This document shows positions 56,952-64,000 of a stretch of DNA of 64,000 nt, piece after piece. The stretch's first letter is position 1, and the number at the start of each line of letters is the position of its first letter. The translations under genes and the position numbers were made by a program. Under the pieces are notes generated by a model, which was not told where the DNA came from, made no database searches, and saw only the letters and a list, made by a program, of their open reading frames with translations. The DNA comes from Candidatus Parcubacteria bacterium (lineage in GTDB: Bacteria; Patescibacteriota; Minisyncoccia; Phycocordibacterales; Zambryskibacteraceae): contig JAIFWP010000001.1 in assembly GCA_019661785.1 (NCBI GenBank), positions 11,545-75,544 on the forward strand. The letters run 5' to 3'.

Positions 56952-57405
56952 GTTTGAGCTTATTTTTACCGAGTAAGTATACCACCGCGGCTGATAGGAG
57001 AGAAATAAGTATGCTTGCTGACACATCAAGCGTATGGTGCACACCTACGTATACTCGAGCTGAAGCCACTGCGAGAGTAATAATCCAGAGCCATATGGCC
57101 CACTTGCGGTCGAAGTAAGTCATCACAGCCGCCAAAGCCGCTACGAGCAGAGTGTGGTCTGAGGGGAAGCCGTTGTCTGCCGCATGTTGTATTAAAGGCG
57201 CTATCCCGCTTACGACAAACGGTCTTGGGTCGTAGTAGAAGTGGCTAGCAATCTTGGCTACCATGTATGCCAATGGCAGAGTGATGATACCAAAGATGGC
57301 GAGGCTCTTCTTTATTTTCCTGTCCGCTCTCAACCAGTAAATCCCGACAATCAGCGCTGATGCTATGAAGAGATACTTGGCACAGAATATAGCAATAGTG
57401 TTCAT
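56932..57405 (-). CDS. PAP2-family phosphatase (BcrC/undecaprenyl-diphosphatase-like)
   Basis: PRPF, FPSDH, ARVYVGVH...D; TM helices. Confidence 0.9.
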   Translation of the reverse strand: MNTIAIFCAKYLFIASALIVGIYWLRADRKIKKSLAIFGIITLPLAYMVAKIASHFYYDPRPFVVSGIAPLIQHAADNGFPSDHTLLVAALAAVMTYFDRKWAIWLWIITLAVASARVYVGVHHTLDVSASILISLLSAAVVYLLGKNKLKHDARNQ

Positions 57406-57414
57406 TGGATGTAA

Positions 57415-57990
57415 TTAAAATGGCAGAGTAAATGTTAGTTTATTTTCTATCGGTTTTTCCCAGTCCTTAGTATCCAGTTTTATCTCGTTCAGTTTGCCGC
57501 CCTCTTTGAATACGAGTTTGCCGTGCTCGCGGGCATGGTCATAAAGAGCCTTGGTGATGCGCACATCGTCTATGCAGTAGTCGCGGACCTTATCCACTTC
57601 GCCATTTTTCCACCACTGGATAGCTTCAAGGCCATGGCCAATCTTTTTCTTGCCCAGGGTCCCCTCAGCAAGCTGGTCGAGCTTCATGCGGCGACCATAG
57701 GATTTGTAAATCTCCTTCAGAATGTCGAGGCTTTTGAGCTTAGTCAGGTCGCCGTGATAGTACTTGTTGAGTAAAGGGATATCGAAATGGTCTGAGTTGA
57801 AGCCTATGAGCATGTCTGCGCGCTCGAGTATGGGCCAGAGCTTGCCGAGCTCGTCCTCCACATATGACGAGTAAGAGTCTGTCTCTGAGTCATGTATAGC
57901 GATGAGAGAGATGTCTAAAAGCGACGGATCATGCTTGCCAACGTCAGCGAAAACATTCTTCGTCTCAATGTCGAATACAATCTTACGCAT
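57415..57990 (-). CDS. DEDD 3'-5' exonuclease / YprB-like RNase H-fold protein
   Basis: FDIET, IGFNSDHFDIP, KLD, YCIDDV. Confidence 0.85.
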   Translation of the reverse strand: MRKIVFDIETKNVFADVGKHDPSLLDISLIAIHDSETDSYSSYVEDELGKLWPILERADMLIGFNSDHFDIPLLNKYYHGDLTKLKSLDILKEIYKSYGRRMKLDQLAEGTLGKKKIGHGLEAIQWWKNGEVDKVRDYCIDDVRITKALYDHAREHGKLVFKEGGKLNEIKLDTKDWEKPIENKLTFTLPF

Positions 57991-58784
57991 TACTTGCTGG
58001 TCTTAAGGCTGTGAGTCTCTAGGAAGTCACGCATGGTGATGTCTCCCGCGCCAAAGCCGACTGCAGGTACAGCTTCAACATCGAAAAGTTCCATCAAGTT
58101 GTCATAACGACCTCCGCCAAGGATTGAGCGCGGGTTAGCTGGGTCGGTATCGAAGAACTCGAAGACAACCCCTGTGTAGTAGGCTTGTCCGCGCTTGAGT
58201 GTCTCGTCAATTTTAAGATTTGTAATACCTTTCTCTTGGAGAGCATTCATAACCTCACCTAAGGTATCACTCATCGAAGCTGGAGCACTGAGACGTATCT
58301 CATACGAGTCTCGGCTTGCGCCGAACTCCTGCATGATCGCATCAGCAAGAGATATGATTTCTACATCAGCGCTTTGGTCGGGGACACCCATAATATCTAC
58401 GTTGAGCTGATAGTGCTCTCGGCGTCTGCCGCGCTGGGGCTTCTCGTATCTAAAAAGGTTAGGGATTGAGTACCAACGCAGAGGGAACTTCAATGTACGT
58501 CTGCGGGCTGCAACCATGCGGGCGAGAGTTGGGGTCATCTCAGGCCTGAGTGTCACACTCCTGCCGCCTCTGTCAGTGAAGGTGAAGGTTTGCTCATTGA
58601 CTATCTCCTCTCCCGACTTCTCCGCATACAGTTCCGTCGGTTCAAGAGGGGATGCTCCATACTCCTCATATCCATATTGTTCGGCAATCTTACTCCAGAC
58701 AGAAAAAATGTACTTTTCCACCCTCATGTCCTCCGGATAGAAATCCTGCACGCCCTTATAGGGGGCTGTATCAAGCTTCGTCAT
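57990..58784 (-). CDS. hisS: Histidyl-tRNA synthetase, catalytic domain only (264 aa)
   Basis: KGVQDFYP, LRPEMT, RYEKPQRGRRREHYQ, RGQAYYTG, GGGRYD, AVGFGAG; no C-terminal anticodon domain. Confidence 0.85.
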   Translation of the reverse strand: MTKLDTAPYKGVQDFYPEDMRVEKYIFSVWSKIAEQYGYEEYGASPLEPTELYAEKSGEEIVNEQTFTFTDRGGRSVTLRPEMTPTLARMVAARRRTLKFPLRWYSIPNLFRYEKPQRGRRREHYQLNVDIMGVPDQSADVEIISLADAIMQEFGASRDSYEIRLSAPASMSDTLGEVMNALQEKGITNLKIDETLKRGQAYYTGVVFEFFDTDPANPRSILGGGRYDNLMELFDVEAVPAVGFGAGDITMRDFLETHSLKTSK

Positions 58785-58802
58785 AAGCGTATTATATCGG
58801 AA

Positions 58803-59543
58803 ATGACAGAGATATTGAAACTATACAAGAACTTGGGTGAGACGCCCCTCGAGTGCATAGAGCGCTTTAAGCTAGAGCGGCCTGAGTACAAGGATGTAAA
58901 TATGACCTACCTCGGTAGGCTCGACCCTATGGCTGAAGGGCTACTCTTTATCCTGGCAGGGGATACCAGGGATAAGCAGAAGTATCTTGACTGGGACAAG
59001 GCCTATGAGTTCGAGGTTTTGTGGGGGTTTGAGACTGATACTTACGACACTCTAGGACTGGTCACAGCCGAGGGCAAGATGCCCATAGACCTGGAGAAGA
59101 AGATGGGGAAGCTGCTTAAGAATATCGCCGCCAGGAAGACCCAGGCCTATCCTCCATACTCGGCCCGCACAGTTGGCGGCAAGGCCCTGCATACATGGGC
59201 TAGAGAGGGCAAAATAGGCGAGGTCGAGATACCGACAAGGAGCATAAAGATATTCCACATCGAGCATGTGCGCACGAGGCTCCTTAAGCAGAGCGAAGTG
59301 CTCGAGGAAATACTCAAGAACATTGCATTGGTCGAGGGCGACTTTAGGCAAGCTGAGATATCCTCGCTTTGGAAAAGGGTTTTAAAGCCAAACGAGCTTG
59401 CTCTCATATCTAGGTTCAAGGTCGATGTCTCAAGCGGCACTTATGTACGCGGCCTTGCTCACGAGATGGGCAAGATGCTCGGCACATGTGCTCTGGCTTA
59501 CAGTATCAAGCGCACAAGAATGGGAGAGCATAGATTAGACTGA
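58803..59543 (+). CDS. truB: tRNA pseudouridine(55) synthase TruB-like
   Basis: GRLDPMAEG, K.YEF, TDTYD, YPPYSA, VSSGTYVR. Confidence 0.9.
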   Translation: MTEILKLYKNLGETPLECIERFKLERPEYKDVNMTYLGRLDPMAEGLLFILAGDTRDKQKYLDWDKAYEFEVLWGFETDTYDTLGLVTAEGKMPIDLEKKMGKLLKNIAARKTQAYPPYSARTVGGKALHTWAREGKIGEVEIPTRSIKIFHIEHVRTRLLKQSEVLEEILKNIALVEGDFRQAEISSLWKRVLKPNELALISRFKVDVSSGTYVRGLAHEMGKMLGTCALAYSIKRTRMGEHRLD

Positions 59544-59600
59544 CTTGAAATGTAACAAGTCTTGATACGTCATATACTCCGGACATTTATAGGAGGCACG

Positions 59601-59882
59601 ATGTCGAGACCTGCAATACTGTTTCTCGCTTTCTTGTTTGGGATAGTGATTGCTGACTGTGGGGTAAGCAAGATGCCGCCTCAAGAGGCCACGAGCAGCG
59701 CTGAGGTGCAAAGCGAGTGCTTGACCCACTTCATCAACTTCGCCACTGGCACTCTGAGCGAGGCGGATTCCATCCTCTCGCCGAGGTGCGACGCTACGGC
59801 CGAGACGCGGCCCAATGCGCAGAGGCTGCGCTCACAAGCCAGGTCCTACCTCAAGAACGGCAAGATGCCCAAGGACCCCTAA
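59601..59882 (+). CDS. Small exported or lipoprotein-like hypothetical protein (orphan unit O)
   Basis: AGGAGG before ATG 59601; signal-like hydrophobic stretch ending in Cys. Confidence 0.65.
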   Translation: MSRPAILFLAFLFGIVIADCGVSKMPPQEATSSAEVQSECLTHFINFATGTLSEADSILSPRCDATAETRPNAQRLRSQARSYLKNGKMPKDP

Positions 59883-59906
59883 CCGCAAGGTAGGGGTCTG
59901 GCTTTT
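59874..59906. terminator. Hairpin over the stop codon of unit O
   Basis: GACCCCTA-ACC-GCAA-GG-TAGGGGTC followed by TGGCTTTT. Confidence 0.75.
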
Positions 59907-59912
59907 ATATTC

Positions 59913-61697
59913 CTAACCTTTTCTTAGTGACTTAGCGCGGTCTTGCTGGGTGAGGATTTGTTTGCGGAGGCGGACTGACTCAGGAGTGATCTCAATATAT
60001 TCGTCATCCTTCATTATTTCCATGGCACGTTCTATTGATAGCTTCCAAGCAGGGACAAGGAAGACAGCATCGTCAGAGCCGGAGGCGCGCATGTTCGTGA
60101 GCTGTTTGCCCTTGGTTGGGTTCACATACATGTCCTCACCCTTGGAGGTGTTGCCTATGACTTGACCCTGGTATACCTCGTCGCTCGGCTCTATGTAAAG
60201 CACTCCTCTCTGCTGCAGGTTGTCGAGAGCGAAGGCCAAGGCCTTACCCTTCTCCATCGATATCATCGAACCCACATCGTGATGGTCTATGACTCCGGCA
60301 TAAGGTCGGAAGCCGACAAAGCGTGAGGAGAAGATGCCTAAGCCCTTAGTGTCCACAATGAACTGGCCTCGGTATCCCAAGAGTCCTCGTGTAGGAGCCT
60401 CGAGGATAAGACGGGTTTGGCCATTCTCGGTCTTCATGTCCATGAGCTGGGCGCGGCGGGAGGTGAGAGTAGATATGACAGTACCGGAGGCCTCTTCAGG
60501 CACGTCGATGACCACTTCCTCGAACGGTTCCATTTTCTCACCATCTACCTCTTTGATAATAACGTGGGGCTGGGAGACCTGAAGCTCGAATCCCTCTCGG
60601 CGCATGTTCTCACAGAGGATGGCTATGTGGAGTTCGCCGCGGCCGAAGACTGTGAGCTGGTCACTCTGAGAGAAGTCGACCTTAAGACCCACATTCACCT
60701 CTAGCTCGCGTTCCAAGCGCTCGCGTATCTGGCGTCCAGTGACGAATTTGCCTTCCTGTCCGGCAAAGGGAGAGTCGTTAACGAGGAAGTTTAGGGATAT
60801 GGTCGGCTCGTCGACATTGATAGTCGGCAAGGCCTCGCTCTCGGCGCTGCCGGATATGGTGTCTCCTATGTAAATCTCAGGGAGTCCTGCGAGCATGACC
60901 ACATCGCCGGCGATAGCCTCTTGGCTCTCCACTCTCTTAATACCCTCGAAGGAGAAGAGCTTGGTAATCTTGCCTTTGTAGTTCTCGCCGTTAGGCTTCT
61001 TCACGAAGACCTCTTGTCCAGTCTTAAGCACACCTTCGTATATTCGGGCGATAGCTAGGCGTCCGAGGAAGTTGTCATAGGCGAGGTTGAAGGGCTGCAG
61101 GCGTACAGGTACTTCGAGGTTCTGTGCCGCTGGCGGGACATGTTCAAGGATGACGTCGAGGAGCGGGTTCAAGTCCTTGGAGTCGTCAGAGAGATTCCTC
61201 CTCGCGATGCCCTCGCGTCCGATAGCGTACACGGTGGGGAAGTCTATCTGGTCATTGCCGGCACCAAGCTCGAGGAAGAGCTCTAGGACCATCTCGTGCA
61301 CGGCTTCGGGGCGTGCAGCAGGCTTGTCTATCTTGTTTATGACGACGATGGGCTTCAGACCAAGCTCGAGAGACTTCTTAAGCACGAAGCGAGTTTGAGG
61401 CATGGGGCCCTCCTGCGCATCGACCACAAGAAGCACTGTGTCTATGGAACGGAGCACACGCTCTACCTCAGAGCCGAAGTCTGAGTGCCCTGGAGTGTCG
61501 ACGATATTGACCTTCGTATTTTTATAAAAGAGGGAAGTATTCTTCGAGTATATGGTGATGCCGCGCTCCTTCTCAAGGGCGTTAGAGTCCATGCTCTCAC
61601 CCTCGGAGAACATGCCGTTCTGGCGGAGGAGCGCGTCGGTCAAGGTGGTCTTGCCGTGGTCGACGTGGGCGATAATAGCTATGTTCCTTATTTCCAT
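59913..61697 (-). CDS. typA: Translational GTPase TypA/BipA
   Basis: [44 protein letters not shown]. Confidence 0.97.
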   Translation of the reverse strand: MEIRNIAIIAHVDHGKTTLTDALLRQNGMFSEGESMDSNALEKERGITIYSKNTSLFYKNTKVNIVDTPGHSDFGSEVERVLRSIDTVLLVVDAQEGPMPQTRFVLKKSLELGLKPIVVINKIDKPAARPEAVHEMVLELFLELGAGNDQIDFPTVYAIGREGIARRNLSDDSKDLNPLLDVILEHVPPAAQNLEVPVRLQPFNLAYDNFLGRLAIARIYEGVLKTGQEVFVKKPNGENYKGKITKLFSFEGIKRVESQEAIAGDVVMLAGLPEIYIGDTISGSAESEALPTINVDEPTISLNFLVNDSPFAGQEGKFVTGRQIRERLERELEVNVGLKVDFSQSDQLTVFGRGELHIAILCENMRREGFELQVSQPHVIIKEVDGEKMEPFEEVVIDVPEEASGTVISTLTSRRAQLMDMKTENGQTRLILEAPTRGLLGYRGQFIVDTKGLGIFSSRFVGFRPYAGVIDHHDVGSMISMEKGKALAFALDNLQQRGVLYIEPSDEVYQGQVIGNTSKGEDMYVNPTKGKQLTNMRASGSDDAVFLVPAWKLSIERAMEIMKDDEYIEITPESVRLRKQILTQQDRAKSLRKG

Positions 61698-61752
61698 CTG
61701 GTTTCCATAATTAAATCCCGCCTCGGCGGGATGTCACATTTAAACACAAAAA

Positions 61753-62301
61753 CTATTTTTCTACAAGCTCACCAGATACATAGGTGTAGGTCTTCGTTGT
61801 GGGGACTGTGGGCTCAGCTGCAAAGGGTTCCTCGGGTTTGCGGTCAAGATATTTAACCTTGATAAGTCCCTTGGAGTCTATGGATATAGACTGTGGTGAG
61901 ATGCGGTCACCTATGAAGACTGCATTGCTGCCCTTGTAGGAGACATTACCTGAGACATAAGCAGCGACGTAGATAAAGAAGCCAGAACCAAAGCCGTCTT
62001 GAGTGAGGATAACCACGGCATCATTTTTCGAGTCATCGTTAATATCTCCGTACACGGTCTTGTCGGCCAAGCCTGTCTCAGTCTGGACGAAGGCATCTCC
62101 TCCGCTAGATGAAAAGCCTACTCCATTCTTGAGAGTCACCGGACCATCCTCGAAGATGAAGGTGGCGTTCGATGCATCAGGCTTTGATGTGGCTGGGGCA
62201 ATCTTCACCTCGGGAGTAGCATTAGACCCTCTGCCCGGCCAGAAGAACCATGCGACGGCGGCTACTATCAACAGCACTGAGAGTATTAAGACCTTCTTCA
62301 T
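61753..62301 (-). CDS. Membrane-anchored secreted hypothetical protein
   Basis: N-terminal TM helix; YGDINDD..ND.VVIL...GSG.F.Y, IGDRI; start re-called to ATG 62301. Confidence 0.75.
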   Translation of the reverse strand: MKKVLILSVLLIVAAVAWFFWPGRGSNATPEVKIAPATSKPDASNATFIFEDGPVTLKNGVGFSSSGGDAFVQTETGLADKTVYGDINDDSKNDAVVILTQDGFGSGFFIYVAAYVSGNVSYKGSNAVFIGDRISPQSISIDSKGLIKVKYLDRKPEEPFAAEPTVPTTKTYTYVSGELVEK

Positions 62302-62323
62302 CTGCCTATTGTATAATGAGAAC

Positions 62324-62764
62324 ATGTTAAAACCAAAAGCGAGGGGCAAGAGTAGGGGCTTCACCCTTATCGAACTCCTCGTCGTCATCGCTATCATAGG
62401 CATCCTCGCTGCCGTCATCCTTGTTTCTCTCGGCAAGGCTCGCACAAGGGGCAATGACTCTAAGGTCAAGTCTGAGTTGATTAGCCTGCGCACTACCGCA
62501 GAGACATATATAAACGAGAAGGGTAGCTACTCAGTGGCGAATAACTGCGGAGAGGGGATGTTCATCGATACAGACACTAGGATGTCTGACTTCACCAACT
62601 TAAACAACTATCCAGGCGGTACAGTGCTTAAGTGCAAGGCAAATGGCGGGGCATATGCTGTGTCAGCCAACCTCCAGACTGATGGCAAGTTCTGGTGCGT
62701 GGACTCGAACGATACCTCCAAGTTAGAGAACTTAGACCCCGGCAGCGTTACTGCGTGCCCATAG
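62324..62764 (+). CDS. Type IV pilin (prepilin N-methylation motif)
   Basis: RG/FTLIELLVVIAIIGILAAVIL; C-terminal WCVDS...C. Confidence 0.95.
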   Translation: MLKPKARGKSRGFTLIELLVVIAIIGILAAVILVSLGKARTRGNDSKVKSELISLRTTAETYINEKGSYSVANNCGEGMFIDTDTRMSDFTNLNNYPGGTVLKCKANGGAYAVSANLQTDGKFWCVDSNDTSKLENLDPGSVTACP

Positions 62765-63121
62765 TCCAACCAAGACTCCCCCGAGCATTCCCCATGCTAT
62801 GTCACTGAGCGTGTCGGCTAGGCTAGGTACGTAGGCTAGAGCGAAGTCGGGATTCCGCACTGACCCTATGAACTCCCATATCTCCCACAAGTAACCGCCA
62901 AAGACAGTGAAAAGGATAATGGTCAGGAAGAATAGCTTCCTAGACTGGATGCTGTCTCTCGCTATGACTAGCCACACAAAACCGAACATGACTCCCGCTA
63001 TGATGTGGAGTATGACATCGGTGAACCAGTAAGTGCTATACCAGCCGTAACGCCTCGCCAAGAAGGCTCCCAGAGCTATAACAAGAAGCAGACTGAAGGC
63101 CTTATACAAGTGTCCACGCAT
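62732..63121 (-). CDS. Four-TM membrane protein (DUF2238/VanZ-like)
   Basis: D.ILH..AG, WEIWEF, DTLSD...G.LGG. Confidence 0.7.
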   Translation of the reverse strand: MRGHLYKAFSLLLVIALGAFLARRYGWYSTYWFTDVILHIIAGVMFGFVWLVIARDSIQSRKLFFLTIILFTVFGGYLWEIWEFIGSVRNPDFALAYVPSLADTLSDIAWGMLGGVLVGLWARSNAAGV

Positions 63122-63143
63122 ACATATAGAGACGGAATACCTT

Positions 63144-64000
63144 TTACACTATTGCTTCGCCGTCTTGGTATACGGTCATGCCCTTCTTGCGCAGTTCTTT
63201 GAAAAATTCATCAGTAGGGACAGCCAAGTCTGGAGCGAGGCTTCCTCGGGCGGTAATGCGCCCGTCATGTATCATCCGTGCCATGATGGCAGCGGGGAAT
63301 CCTGTATCAATATTGCATCCCGCCTCAACCCATCCTGGCAGAGTAGAGACGATGCACTCCATTTTACGTATTAGGATGTCGCCGTTCTTGCCTTTGCCAG
63401 ATACTTCCACCCACAGATTCTCCTTCTCGCTATACTCCTCTGGTCGTGGTAAGCGGGTAAGTATGCGCGTCATGGCATCTACGGGCCTTATCTGCATCTT
63501 TTCAAACGGCAAAGGCTCCTCTTGGTCGAAGCCGAGCTCAATGAGCTTGTTGAGAGTCTCTAATGAGTGGTCAGGGAATCCTGCGTAGAAGCGGATATTC
63601 TTTGGCTTCAAGCTGGCATAGTCCACCGAGAAGGTGTATGTCTCTGGATGCCTTACGAGGTAGCATTTCTGTGTGCCGATATCTTTGAACTCTCTTATTT
63701 CCTCGGTATCCGCAGGGTTCTTCTCAAGCCAGACACCGTTCTCTATCAAGGGAGCAGGGTCTGTCAGCTCTTCGAGGATGCTCGGCATGGAGAAGGGGAC
63801 ATAGAACTTCTTAACATTTGAGTCCCAAGCAAAACCGAGTTCTATGGTGTCTATCTCTTCAAAGAACTGCGAAGCATGCTTCATCATCACGTTGTTGATG
63901 CCAGGAGTAGAGCCGCAGCCAGTCAAGGCTATGAGGTTAGCCTTCTTGAAGTCATCATTCATCCCCAACTGAGTCTTCGTCATAGGAATGTCAGATCCAA
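63144..64000 (-). CDS. Saccharopine dehydrogenase-like oxidoreductase (5' end outside the window)
   Basis: GCGSTPGINN, FS...ILEE, HPE, TGFPAAI, GSLAPD. Confidence 0.85.
   Translation of the reverse strand, partial: GSDIPMTKTQLGMNDDFKKANLIALTGCGSTPGINNVMMKHASQFFEEIDTIELGFAWDSNVKKFYVPFSMPSILEELTDPAPLIENGVWLEKNPADTEEIREFKDIGTQKCYLVRHPETYTFSVDYASLKPKNIRFYAGFPDHSLETLNKLIELGFDQEEPLPFEKMQIRPVDAMTRILTRLPRPEEYSEKENLWVEVSGKGKNGDILIRKMECIVSTLPGWVEAGCNIDTGFPAAIMARMIHDGRITARGSLAPDLAVPTDEFFKELRKKGMTVYQDGEAIV

Noticed and set aside
61715-61732. ATCCCGCC-TC-GGCGGGAT hairpin upstream of typA as a REP family member
   Set aside because: Single copy in the window; cannot be distinguished from a terminator or leader hairpin
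1-64000. CRISPR array, prophage, IS element, retron/DGR, or alternative genetic code 25
   Set aside because: No spaced direct repeats and no phage, transposase or reverse transcriptase motifs seen; conserved genes such as prfA and rnhB end at TGA at the expected length

Overview
This 64 kb window is gene-dense chromosome from a reduced-genome bacterium. Gene content and gene forms point to Patescibacteria/CPR, probably Parcubacteria (inference); TGA is used as a stop codon. The backbone is housekeeping: a class Ic-type nrdAB, a gap-rpiB-rpe-tkt-pfkB-fba cluster, rplY, rpmE, prfA, rpsB-tsf, tRNA-Thr(UGU), a monomeric PheRS, gyrB, thrS, dnaE, rnhB, rpmF-nusB-rnc-smc, rnr, rpsP-khpA, trmD, rpoB-rpoC-dnaG-rpoD, a UvrD-nuclease fusion, dsbA, hisS, truB, typA and a type IV pilin. 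The most striking unexplained structure is two different expression grammars. Many core genes look leaderless: a TAnnnT -10 box sits 6-8 nt before ATG, with no Shine-Dalgarno (SD) sequence. In contrast, about 15 small self-contained units are wedged between core genes, most with a -35/-10 promoter and an SD-like leader and all with a GC-rich hairpin at the 3' end. Their cargo includes orphan ORFs, a stand-alone ClpC N-domain, a stand-alone sigma region-4 protein, a NUDIX hydrolase and a ~350 nt structured RNA with a pseudoknot that I cannot assign to a family. I saw no CRISPR array, transposase, integrase or prophage. All family calls are by eye from motifs; no database search was run.
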